Shown here: one piece after another, positions 28,512 to 38,228 of the stretch
How positions within the stretch are numbered: the first letter of the stretch is position 1
How the letters are laid out: each line of letters begins with the position of its first letter
Source: an uncultured delta proteobacterium
GTDB taxonomy: Bacteria > Desulfobacterota > Binatia > Bin18
NCBI GenBank assembly: GCA_963733195.1
Contig: CAVTCR010000071.1
Coordinates: 64,001 to 128,000 of the forward strand
DNA: 64,000 nt
Reading direction: 5' to 3'
Program-made: the position numbers and the translations under genes
Notes under the pieces: model-generated
What the model saw: the letters and a program-made list of their open reading frames with translations, nothing else
The model's database searches: none
Told to the model about the DNA's origin: nothing

Positions 28512-30655
28512 CCCTTGGTGAACTGGTCGATAAAATCCGCGCGTATCATCCCGATGCCGATACTGGAATGATCGGGCAAGCCTATACGTTTTCTGAGCGC
28601 ATGCACCAAGGGCAAAAACGGCTCTCAGGAGATCCGTATTTTGTTCACCCGGTTGGTGTTGCCAGTATCATTGCCGATATGAAACTCGACGTACCAAGTG
28701 TTATCACCGGACTCTTACACGATACGGTTGAGGACACACTGACCACATTGGAGCAAGTCGAGAAAGACTTCGGGACCGAAGTCTCCTCCCTTGTTGATGG
28801 CGTCACCAAGATCAGTCAAATCAATTTCACCACACGAGAAGAGCGTCAGGCCGAGAACTTTCGTAAGATGATCATCGCCATGGCACACGACATTCGTGTG
28901 ATCCTGGTAAAGCTCGCAGACCGTGCGCACAACATGCGGACACTGTCGTATCTGCCGGAAGACAAACAGCGAGAGATTTCGCAAGAAACCCTTGATATTT
29001 ACGCTCCGCTCGCCCACCGGCTCGGTATCAATTGGCTCAAGAGTGACCTCGAAGACAACGCCTTGCGCTACCTCCATCCCGGAGTGTACGGGCAAATGAA
29101 GCAAGACGTTGCCAAGAAGAAAGCTGAACGAGAAAGCTATATCACCGAAGTCATTACCATCTTGCAGCAAAAACTGACCGAGGCTGGTATCACAGCAGAG
29201 GTCTATGGTCGCCCAAAACACTTCTATTCCATCTATCAGAAAATGCAGGCGCAGAATCTGTTGTTCAGTGAAATTTACGATCTCGTCGGCTTTCGCATCA
29301 TCGTCAAGGAAGTCCGTGAATGCTACGAAGCGTTGGGGATCGTGCATAGCCACTGGCGACCAGTACCAGGCCGCTTCAAAGATTACATCGCGTTACCAAA
29401 AGAAAACATGTACCAATCGCTCCATACCACGGTCATCGGTCCCTACGGGGAACGGATTGAGGTACAGATTCGCACTCAAGAAATGCATCGCGTCGCTGAA
29501 CAAGGGATTGCCGCTCATTGGACTTACAAAGAAGGTCGCCGCGGGTTAGAGGAATCACAACGGTTTACCTGGTTACGCCAACTCGTCGAGTGGCAGCAGC
29601 AACTCAAAGACCCGCAAGAGTTTCTCCAAACCGTCAAAGGCGACTTATTTACCGAAGAAGTCTACGTCTTCACTCCCAAAGGGGATTTATACAACTTCCC
29701 CCAAGGCGCGTCGGTGATTGATTTTGCCTACCGTATTCACTCAGAAGTGGGGAATCATTGCGCCGGAGCGCGAGCGAACGGACGCATGGTTCCGCTGCGG
29801 TACAAGTTGCAGAATGGCGATACGATCGAAGTCATTACCAATACACAGCAGACACCCAATAAGGATTGGCTGCGGTTCGTGAAGACCGCCAAGGCGCAAG
29901 CACGCATCCGTCAGTGGGTCAAAGCCCAGGAACATGAACGCAGCGTCGTTGTGGGTCGCGAGTTAATCGAACGTGAGCTGTCGCGCTATCGCCTTGACCT
30001 TGCCACCTTACGCAAGCAAGACAAGCTTGCTGCCGCCCTCAAAACCTTAAGTTTCAAGGATGAAGAAACCTTACTCGCAGCGGTAGGCTATGGGCAAGTC
30101 ACAGTTGGGCACGTCGTGTCGCAACTTGTCCCACAACCCGAGGTTGTCCAAGGGCAAGCCGCCGATACCGTCGAGTTAGAAAAGATCCGCCAGAAACCTG
30201 CGGCCCGCGAAGATCGTGGGGGTGTCCTAGTGGGTGGTGTCGGTGACGTACTGGTACGCTTTGGTCAGTGTTGTCATCCGTTGCCTGGGGATCGCATCTT
30301 AGGCGTCATCACCCGTGGCAAAGGAGTCACCGTCCATAACTTTGAGTGCCAACGACTCTTAGCGGTAGACCCGCAACGGCATATCCAGGTCAGTTGGGAT
30401 ACAAATACTGGATTCCTCCATCCAGTCAAAGTCGAGGTCTTGAGCGAAGATCGTCACGGCCTGTTAGCCGCGATGAGTAAAGCGATCAGCGAAACCGGCG
30501 TCAATATCGCCAACGCTGATGTTCGCACCTTGCCTGATCAACGAGCACTCAACGTCTTCGAGGTGATGGTTGCCAATGCCGCGTCACTCGATCAAGTGAT
30601 GCGCAATCTCAGTGCGATACGCGGGGTCGTCAAAGTTGATCGGGTGAGGAAATAA
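28508..30655 (+). CDS. spoT: Bifunctional (p)ppGpp synthetase/hydrolase (RelA/SpoT)
   Basis: HD motif LLHDTVED, KLADR.HNMRT, YQSLHTT, EVQIRT, TGS and ACT domains. Confidence 0.95.
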   Translation: MTLGELVDKIRAYHPDADTGMIGQAYTFSERMHQGQKRLSGDPYFVHPVGVASIIADMKLDVPSVITGLLHDTVEDTLTTLEQVEKDFGTEVSSLVDGVTKISQINFTTREERQAENFRKMIIAMAHDIRVILVKLADRAHNMRTLSYLPEDKQREISQETLDIYAPLAHRLGINWLKSDLEDNALRYLHPGVYGQMKQDVAKKKAERESYITEVITILQQKLTEAGITAEVYGRPKHFYSIYQKMQAQNLLFSEIYDLVGFRIIVKEVRECYEALGIVHSHWRPVPGRFKDYIALPKENMYQSLHTTVIGPYGERIEVQIRTQEMHRVAEQGIAAHWTYKEGRRGLEESQRFTWLRQLVEWQQQLKDPQEFLQTVKGDLFTEEVYVFTPKGDLYNFPQGASVIDFAYRIHSEVGNHCAGARANGRMVPLRYKLQNGDTIEVITNTQQTPNKDWLRFVKTAKAQARIRQWVKAQEHERSVVVGRELIERELSRYRLDLATLRKQDKLAAALKTLSFKDEETLLAAVGYGQVTVGHVVSQLVPQPEVVQGQAADTVELEKIRQKPAAREDRGGVLVGGVGDVLVRFGQCCHPLPGDRILGVITRGKGVTVHNFECQRLLAVDPQRHIQVSWDTNTGFLHPVKVEVLSEDRHGLLAAMSKAISETGVNIANADVRTLPDQRALNVFEVMVANAASLDQVMRNLSAIRGVVKVDRVRK

Positions 30656-30656
30656 C

Positions 30657-30772
30657 AGGACTGAGGGCTGAGGGCCGAGTGACGAGTGATACGTAAAACG
30701 TAATCCGTAAGACCTTAAACTTTGTAACTTTTTGAGACTTGATCCTCAGTCCTCGTTACTCATTACTCCTTA
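30657..30772. repeat. Heptamer tandem-repeat hairpin between convergent spoT and rpmB
   Basis: GGACTGA GGGCTGA GGGCCGA GTGACGA ... TCCTCAG TCCTCGT TACTCAT TACTCCT. Confidence 0.7.
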
Positions 30773-30775
30773 CGG

Positions 30776-30967
30776 TTAAGCCGCTTTCTGAATCCGCCCG
30801 GAGCGGATGCAACTCGTACACACGCGAACGCGTTTCGTACCATCGTCAGTTTTGACCTTCACGCGTTGCAAGTTTGGCATCCACCGACGTTTTGTCCTAT
30901 TGTTGGCATGACTGACATTATTCCCAACTGAAGGGTGTTTCCCACAGACCGTACACATCCAAGCCAT
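30776..30967 (-). CDS. rpmB: 50S ribosomal protein L28
   Basis: C.VCGK...[19 protein letters not shown]. Confidence 0.97.
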   Translation of the reverse strand: MAWMCTVCGKHPSVGNNVSHANNRTKRRWMPNLQRVKVKTDDGTKRVRVCTSCIRSGRIQKAA

Positions 30968-31087
30968 CGTGCTGTCCTCCTCAATGGAGCCATTGTTGTT
31001 AACATACGCCCTCTAGTGCCGCAAGGCGTGTACAGCATCGGACTCTGCTTCTCCTAAAGACAAGAATTGCTCAGAATTCATACAATC

Positions 31088-32031
31088 GAAGCTGTCTCAA
31101 AACTCACTTTGATCAGGAAAATAGGGCCTTAAGATAGTGCTGGACGAAAAAGACTCGCATAAAAGCCCGATACGCTTTCTGCCCATGTTCCAACATACGG
31201 TCCAAACGCCGGCGATTGTTGAGCCAACTGAACGTCCGTTCCACTTGCCAGCGTTGGCGACAATACCGCCCGTGATGCCGATCTTTGGGAGGACGGCCAC
31301 GAGGAACCGTAACATGATTTTTGCGATAAGGCGCGAGGGGAATAATCCGACGTTGCCGCAAGGCGCGGCGGTGCGCCTCACTATCGTATCCTGTGTCCAG
31401 ACCCAAGCGTTTAGGTTTGCGTTTGCGTTTGCCGATGCGAATGCCATCAATCGTCTCCCACAGTTTGATCAGATCATTACGGTTGGCAGTACTGAGCGTG
31501 CAGTTGAGCGGATGGCCAGTGGCGTCGCTGACCAGAGGGCGTTTCAGCCCATTAATTCGGTGTTTTCCCGCGTATCCGACTTCTTTTTTTGCCCCTTTCT
31601 CGATTTCACGACACTGGCATCATGATAACAATTCTTGAGATTCAGCCGCCCTCGACGATCAGCTTCTTTCCTCAACTCGGCCACCATGCGTTGCCAGACC
31701 CGACGCCGTTGGTACTCCAACACCCGCCGGTTACACGTCTTGGGGGAGGCACGAATATCGTGCGGCATATCTTCCCAACGACACCCGGTGGGCAAGACAT
31801 ACAAGATCCCATTCCCCACCTCTCGTTCATCGGCACGGGGCCGACCGGTCCGCGCAGGACGTGGGATGAGCCGTTGGAGATAGTGCCATTGACCATCGGT
31901 CAGATCGGACTGATACGGTTTGCGTGGCATGTCCGCTAGCGTAGCGCAGCACGAATTTCGTCAGCAACTGCCCTTTTACCACTATGAAAATCACACTTTC
32001 CTTGGCATTTTTTGAGTTTTGAGACAGCCTC
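31088..32031 (-). mobile_element. IS5-family insertion sequence, 944 bp
   Basis: 19-bp TIR GA(A/G)GCTGTCTCAAAACTCA (1 mismatch), 3-bp direct repeat ATC on both flanks. Confidence 0.9.
31113..31930 (-). CDS. IS5-family transposase in two frames (shift at GGGGC-A7 ~31590)
   Basis: YQSDLTDGQW, GILYVL.TGCRWEDMP, then D.GYDS and RWQVERTFSWL..RRL. Confidence 0.85.
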
Positions 32032-32100
32032 ATCGTCATATTCACGAGGTTGCTTCGAGAAACTCCTGGATTTAAGGTATTCCTGAGGAGGTATCCATTT

Positions 32101-32586
32101 ATGGCAAACGTCACGAACTTCACGCCCAAGGAGTTGAATCAGATTCGCGAGATTATTCCCTTAACTGGCTTTGCTGTCGCAGTCGCTGGGAATAGCGGCA
32201 TCATCGGTACTTTCAAGGAAGCAGCCGCAACCGCGAGAGGGCTAGGCGAAGCCGCAGCAAAATATCCACAAAACGAACTGATTCAATCGCTCCTCAAAGA
32301 CCTCAGCCAAAATCGTCCGACCATGCCGAAATACAATCCGCTTGAAGCGGGTATACAAGAGAAAATTAAGACTGACGCTTTGGAAAAAACTCGTCAGGTG
32401 GTTACCGTGCTCTCGCAGAAAGCTCCACCACAAGAAGTGAATGAATTCAAACAATGGATACTGGCTGTGAGTGAAAGTGTCGCCAATGCCGCAAAGGAAG
32501 GAGCATTTCTTGGGATTGGGGGAGAACGCGTGAGTGCAGCAGAAAAAGCGATGCTCACTGATTTGCAAGGGGTATTGAGCGTCTAA
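32101..32586 (+). CDS. Conserved-looking hypothetical protein, 161 aa
   Basis: GAGGAGG RBS; C-terminal VANAAKEGAFLGIGGERVS.AE motif. Confidence 0.75.
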   Translation: MANVTNFTPKELNQIREIIPLTGFAVAVAGNSGIIGTFKEAAATARGLGEAAAKYPQNELIQSLLKDLSQNRPTMPKYNPLEAGIQEKIKTDALEKTRQVVTVLSQKAPPQEVNEFKQWILAVSESVANAAKEGAFLGIGGERVSAAEKAMLTDLQGVLSV

Positions 32587-32636
32587 AGATCAAAAATTGA
32601 ATAAGTTCCCAGCTTCATGCGGAGATTCGGGGTCCT

Positions 32637-32702
32637 GTCATTGCGAGAAGCCCCTTCGACTTCGTTGCGCTCCGCTCAGGACAGGCTCTATCGAAGGGCT
32701 TA
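32637..32702. repeat. REP/MITE-like palindromic element
   Basis: GTCATTGCGAG..AGCCCCTTCGAC...GCTCAGGACAGGC..TCGAAGGGCT. Confidence 0.7.
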
Positions 32703-32959
32703 CGCTGAACGGCGTGTGGTCGCCCTTCGATTCTGCGCACTTGAACAACGATTACACACTATTGTCAGCGCCGCACCAATGACACAAAAAGGTGATGTCA
32801 GTTCAGCGAATAGACGTCAGGGCACTTTTCACCCGCGCTCTCGATATCGTCCTCATCAACCCAACCGATCTTACCATTGATCTTGTACGTGGCCACAACT
32901 CGGACTCGTATCCATTTCCCTAAACCTAAAGAAGGAAGTCGCTCCAGGTTCCAGCCTAG

Positions 32960-35388
32960 CTACTCCTTTCCCAGAAACTGAGGGGGGCGTTTTGCAAAGA
33001 AGGCAGTAATCGGGTAAGCGTCTCGAAAGTAGGTGGGAAATGCGTAAAAATAGCGACTGAGGAGTGAGCAACTCAACACTCTCGTTATAAGCAGGAGGCA
33101 CTGTCATGACTGACTTACACCTGACACCCGAGCAAGAGGCGGAAGCGCAAGTCGTCTTCCAGCGGCTGAAGGTGGCGTTTGAGCGCGAAGCCCTACAGTT
33201 GGCGCGGTTGATGGCCAGTAAGGAAGATCGCCAATTGTTGGGGAGGACGGAGTTTGAGGTGCGCGACCACGTGCATCGGTTGGGGGCGCAGGTGGTGGAA
33301 AGCGTGTTACAGGAACGGAAAAAAAGGGTACCAGGGGACGAGTACAGCCTGTCCGGTCTGCGCGGAGCCCGCGCGCTGCGTAGGCTACCGCGGCAAGACG
33401 ATCGTGAGTTTGCTCGGGGCGGTGCGTCGGCGCGGCCTTATTACCATGGCGTTCGTGTGGGCAGGGCGTCTGTCCCTGGGACGCGGTGTTGGGAGTGACA
33501 GCGACGGCGTTAAGTCCGGGGGTGGAAGAAGTAGCCTGTATCGCCGGAGTGCAGGGCAGTTTTGCGGAGGCCAGTGCGAAGGTGTTACCCAAGCTAGCAG
33601 GGCTGCAGCTGGCCGAATCGACGGTGGAGCGCACGACGGAAGCGGCGGGGCAGCGCCTCGCGGCGGCGCAGACGGTGGGGCAAAGTGAAGAGCCCGGGCA
33701 GGAGTGGGCGTGGCACCGGGATGCGGAGGGGAAGACGGTGGCGTATGTGGCGGTGGATGCCACAGGGGTCCCGCAACAAGGGCGCGACGGAGCAAAAGTG
33801 GAGAGTCGCATGGCCAATGTGGCGGTGCTGTACAATCCGGTGCCGGCGGACCGGGCACGCTGGGCGAGTCCGGCGGTGGGGCCGGAGCCAACGTGGCAAG
33901 CCCGGTATGTGGCTAGCCTGGAGCGGATGGCGGTGGTGGGCGCGGCCATCCGCCAGCAGGGCGTGGCGGTGGGGATCGAGCGGGCGGAGCGGTGGATTGC
34001 GCTGTCCGATGGGGGCAATGGGCTGGAAGACTGCGTGCGCACGCACTTTCCGCGCGTTGAGGTGGTCATTCTCGATTTCTACCACGCCGCGGAGTACCTC
34101 AGTGACTTGGCCAAAGCCTGGCACGGGGCGGATGCCAACGCCGGAGAGGCGTTAGGCCAGCAATGGTGTCACCAGCTCAAGCATGAAGGGGGCGCGGCGG
34201 TGTTGGCGACGGTACAGGGGTTGGACCTCCGCGGCCGCTCCACCACTGCTCGTGAGTGTTATCAGGCTACGGTGCGCTACTTCACGAATCATCTCCCGCG
34301 CATGGATTATCCCACCTATCGCGCCAAGGGGTGGCAGATTGGGAGCGGGCCGGTGGAGTCGGCGTGCAAGCGGGTCGTAGGGCAACGGCTCAAGGGAGCG
34401 GGCATGCGGTGGGGAGAAGACGGAGCCGAGGCGGTGCGTCGTCTCCGGGCTTTGTTTGTAAGCGAGCCCGGGCCGTGGGACGCTTTTTGGAGCCGAAATT
34501 AACACTTAGTGATCTACAAACGAGACGCTGACCCCGAATCCCTTCCTTCACATCTTGGCCGTCGGCGGCGTGGGTCAAGGCGTCGAGTTCGTGCGCAAGG
34601 TGGTCTGCAAATTGAGTCTCTCCCTCCGCAGCTCGCATGAGGCGTTTTGCCGTCGCGTAAGATGCCGTGGGCCCTTCAGCAAGCTGCCGGGCGGTGCGAG
34701 TCACTGTGTTCTCAAATTCCCCGTCGGCATACACTGTACCGATGAGGCCCATCTGGCAGGCCTGATGGGCACTCAGTTGTTGGTTCAGGAGAGCCAGCGT
34801 CATCGCGTGTTGCAGACCCACGAGTCGAGGGAGGAAAAACGTTGTCCCTTCCGCACCCGTTAAGGCGGTCTTGAAGTAAGCATACTCGAAGGTTGAACGG
34901 GCCGAGGCGATGACCAGATCACATCCCAAAGCAATTCCGATCCCTCCGGCGGCGACAATTCCATCCACCGCAGCAATGACCGGCTTGGGGGCACGTTGAA
35001 ACGTGCGGATCAGATCGTGAAAATACCCCACAATCTGCCGGAAGCCTGCACCGTAACTCTGCTTACCCGCTTCTACCTGAGTGCGAATATATTTGAGGTC
35101 GGCTCCACTACAAAACACTTTGCCCGTACCGCGCAGGACAATGACTCGGATTGTTTCGTCCTGGGCGTACCATAGTCCGGCCTGGTATAGGGCTGTGGCT
35201 CCCTCAAGGTCGAGGGCGTTGAACCGTTCACTGCGATTAATGATGATCGTTCCTACTGCACCGTCGCGAGCGATCCGTACTTGTGGTGCAGCCGCGGACG
35301 GGAGGAGTGCACTGCTGTGCAGCGGCAGTTGGGGCGGTACTGGTTTGCCACTTCTCGTGATTGGTTCGTTCGTTTCGTAGGTTGTCAT
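32960..35388 (-). pseudogene. Enoyl-CoA hydratase/isomerase (PaaG-like) interrupted near its 3' end by an IS
   Basis: FCSGADL, KPVIAAVDG..AAGG...ALGCD at 34537-35388; removing the IS rejoins DVKEGI to TAFFAKRPPQFLGKE* (33007-32960). Confidence 0.9.
33011..34536 (+). mobile_element. ISKra4-family insertion sequence
   Basis: Imperfect ~24-bp TIR CGGG(G)T(A/C)AGCGTCTCG...GTAG; 3-bp direct repeat AAT; transposase 33106-34502 in several frames (A7 run at 33319) with SDGG, LDFYHA.EYL, RMDYPTY...G..IGSGPVESACK, RLKGAGMRW. Confidence 0.9.
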
Positions 35389-35516
35389 AAACATTTCTCC
35401 TCGTAGTCGTTCCCTGTTACTTGTTCGCTGTTGCTTGTGGCCTTGTAGCCGCAACTCGCGTCACTCACTGGATTGATACCGATCAGGTTTCTACTTCCTG
35501 TAGATAAAGAACGCAT
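35385..35516 (-). CDS. Small ORF (43 aa) translationally coupled to the enoyl-CoA hydratase
   Basis: AGGAGGAGG RBS, MRSLSTGSRNLIGINPVSDASCGYKATSNSEQVTGNDYEEKCL*, ATGA overlap. Confidence 0.45.
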   Translation of the reverse strand: MRSLSTGSRNLIGINPVSDASCGYKATSNSEQVTGNDYEEKCL

Positions 35517-35609
35517 TAGAAACCTCCTCCTACAGAACTGTTGCATTCCACAGCTCCGGCGGGGCGAAGGCTCTCTTGCAGAGAGAGATTCTTCACCTAT
35601 GAGTGGAGT

Positions 35610-37334
35610 CTACGAACAAGTGGTCGTTGTCATCATGTTCCCAGTGGCGTCACTCCAGCCATCGACGTACCAGCCTCGCAGGTCAGTCCGCCCGACGCTC
35701 ACAAAATCACGCAGGAACATTTCCATTGAGTATGTATACGTCAGGTACGTCATCGTGGTGTCAAAGAAAGAAGCATCGGCATAGACACCGTTATGAACGC
35801 CACAATTCGGCATCCACGCAAACCAGGTGGGGAAGAGGCCGATGCCGCTCAAGCTCAGTCGGCGCCGGTGGCGAGTTCCGACCGAGACAATGAACCATCA
35901 AGAAGAGTCTGAAACTGCTGGGTGAGACGGGGACGGTGTTCGTCTGGAATGCTAAACACTGGTGGACACGGATTGTGATCTGGAGGGCAGTGGGCGAAGC
36001 TAGCCCAGTCCGCCTCGTCAGCCCAGACGACAGGGTGTCCAGTGCCTCCAGCTGTATGCTCTTGATTTGGGTCGCTGAAATCTTCACGAATGAAGAAGGG
36101 GGTGGCGATGTGGTTGAAGAGGACATGGGCGCGATCACGACATTTCCAGTCATCCCCGGTTGCTGCGTGCGTAGCGAGGCAAGAGGCGTCAAAGGCCAAG
36201 TTCCAGCTATTATACTGTTCAGAAAAATGGCCAGCAGTATGGTAGGTCGTTCCATCGTATACGAATGGAATACCGCTCCCCACCGGTTTCGCCTGACCAG
36301 ATATTGCTATAGGAATCACCAAGAGGGTTTCCGTTCGTATCAGTGACGAAGGCGGCTTCGTTCTCAATCGACTCAGTGAAGTTGGCATCGAATACGGCCC
36401 GCACGTCACCTACAAATCCAGGGAGGGCTGCCAGCGATGCCGCCAGATGATCGATATTGTGATACAGGCCGTGCGCGGAGCCGGAGTGTCCGACAAACAG
36501 CACCTGATCAGCATCCACAAGTGGAGGTAGCGATTCTTGCGCTCTGACTACGTGTGCACTGCCGCCCGCCCCGCTCACACTCCACGTCGTATAGGCGAGA
36601 CCGTTCTGCAGAACCGCGAACGCTTCTTCCATGATCGGGTAGCCTTGCTGATACAAATTGAAGTCGACAACGACACCACCCGGTCCGGTTTCACTGAAGT
36701 AGCCGCCTGCAGCCTCGTAGGTGACACGACCGTTGTAACGATCGTAGCTACACTTCTCGACGAGTATCCGGTTGTACGCAGCAAAGGTCGGGTTTTGTAG
36801 CGGGTTCGGCCGATTGATGCCCTGAAAGGCTTTCATTGGCGGTTCGAGTGCGGTGCCCATTTCATCGCGTTCGTTTAGGTCACCGTAGGTATCGAGGCAG
36901 GCCTGTCCATCGTCATACACGCCATCTCCATCACTATCGGAGGCATTACAGGAGCCACCGCCAGTCATGGAGATGATCCACTTGTTCGACTCGATTGGCT
37001 GACCGAGGGTACAATTTGCCCCATCGGTACAGACCGCTTTATCGACGTAAAGGATTGGGCGAGTGCCGTCTAAGCAGTGGACATCCAGGTTGTTATTGAG
37101 AAAGACGCGAGTGAAAGCTTTCACCTGTGAGGGGTTATTGGGTTGGGTGTTGAGATTTGCTTGGGGTGGAATGCCAGGGAAGACAGCACAACGTAAAGAG
37201 TCTTGCCAATATGGATCAGCTCAGTTGTTTACTTGAGCCCTTGCTACACCGGTGCCGAGCAACGGCACGACAAAGGAGAGAGCCAGTGCAAAGGCGGGAC
37301 GAAGACAACTATTAGTCCAATAAAAGGAACGCAT
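35610..37334 (-). pseudogene. Secreted pectinacetylesterase/Notum-like hydrolase with in-frame TGA (37221-37223) and two frameshifts (~36270, ~35857)
   Basis: GGAGG RBS, signal peptide, CLDGT.P..Y, KWII.M.GGGSC, VGHSGSAHG, FF....FSD, PNCGVH. Confidence 0.65.
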
Positions 37335-37415
37335 AAAGCCTCCAAAAAAGATTGTTGAATCTGACACGTCCTGCAGTGATGATGTCTTGAGTACAGAAGA
37401 CGAACGGAAGCGACA

Positions 37416-37448
37416 GAAAGTTGTGGGAAAGTTGTGGGAAAGTTGTGG
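37416..37448. repeat. Three perfect 11-bp direct repeats GAAAGTTGTGG (probable regulator site)
   Basis: Exact tandem x3 in the divergent intergenic region. Confidence 0.8.
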
Positions 37449-37629
37449 AATTTGTGCATGTCACCTCTTTTATTCGCTGTTCGATCGATCGGTTGAGTGT
37501 ATTTTCCTTAGGACTTATGTTTCTCGCTGTAATAAGGTTTACGAAACAGGAGGAGAGAAATCCTTACAAACTTCCTCAATCTCTCTTTAATTGTTCTTTA
37601 ATTTTTCTCTGAGCGCTGAGAGGACGCAC

Positions 37630-38051
37630 ATGAGGAAGTCGGAGCGGTATGTTTTTCCACCGTTTGTGGTGGATACATGAGCAGGAAGTCTGTACCGCGA
37701 TGCAGAAGAAATCGTGCTGCGGCCAAAAACGTTCACGATGCCGTGCTATCTGCTCGAACGTTCTGGGCAGTTGGTAAGCAAAGACGAATTGCTGGAAAAA
37801 ATCTGGATGGGACGTACGTGGCCGAAGGCACGCTGACGGTGCGTATCTCGGAGTTACACAAAGCGTTCGGGGATGACAAGAAGAAGCCGCGCTTCATCGC
37901 GACTGTACCGCGCGATGGCCTTATTCGATCAGACAGTACAGAAGGCACGAGAGTTGAAGATGGACGAGTCAGAGCAACGTGCCTTAGCGATCAGAACAGA
38001 AATCAAGACCAACCTCCAGAAGCAAAAGCGCAGAAAACTCACTCTTCGTAA
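37630..38051 (+). pseudogene. Remnant of OmpR/CadC-type winged-helix transcriptional regulator
   Basis: YVFPPF..D, LRPKTF, YLLERSGQLVSKDELLEKIW, VAEGTLTVRISEL.KAFGDD...PRFIATVPR with stop and frameshifts. Confidence 0.75.
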
Positions 38052-38088
38052 TTTACGTCTGGCAGTTGTGAACAACAGGAAGAGTGCT

Positions 38089-38208
38089 GTCATTGCGAGG
38101 AGTCAAAGACGACAAAGCAATCTCGTCACCTCTTCCTCTTGCCAGCGAGATTGCTTCGCGGAGTTTATCCTAAGCGTAATTAGTGAAACCGAAGGGCTTG
38201 CAATGACA
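38089..38208. repeat. REP/MITE-like palindromic element
   Basis: GTCATTGCGAG...AAGCAATCTCG...CGAGATTGCTT...CTTGCAATGAC. Confidence 0.75.
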
Positions 38209-38228
38209 TGAGGGGCTCACTTCTCGGG

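Noticed and set aside
31408-31432. GCGTTT hexamer repeat
   Set aside because: It encodes KRKRKPKR within the IS5 transposase frame and is not an independent repeat.
33104-34124. Long antisense and alternative-frame ORFs inside the ISKra4 element
   Set aside because: Shadow ORFs expected from high-GC transposase sequence, with no protein motifs.
37416-37448. Possible CRISPR or iteron array
   Set aside because: The 11-bp units are contiguous with no spacers, and there is no cas or rep gene.
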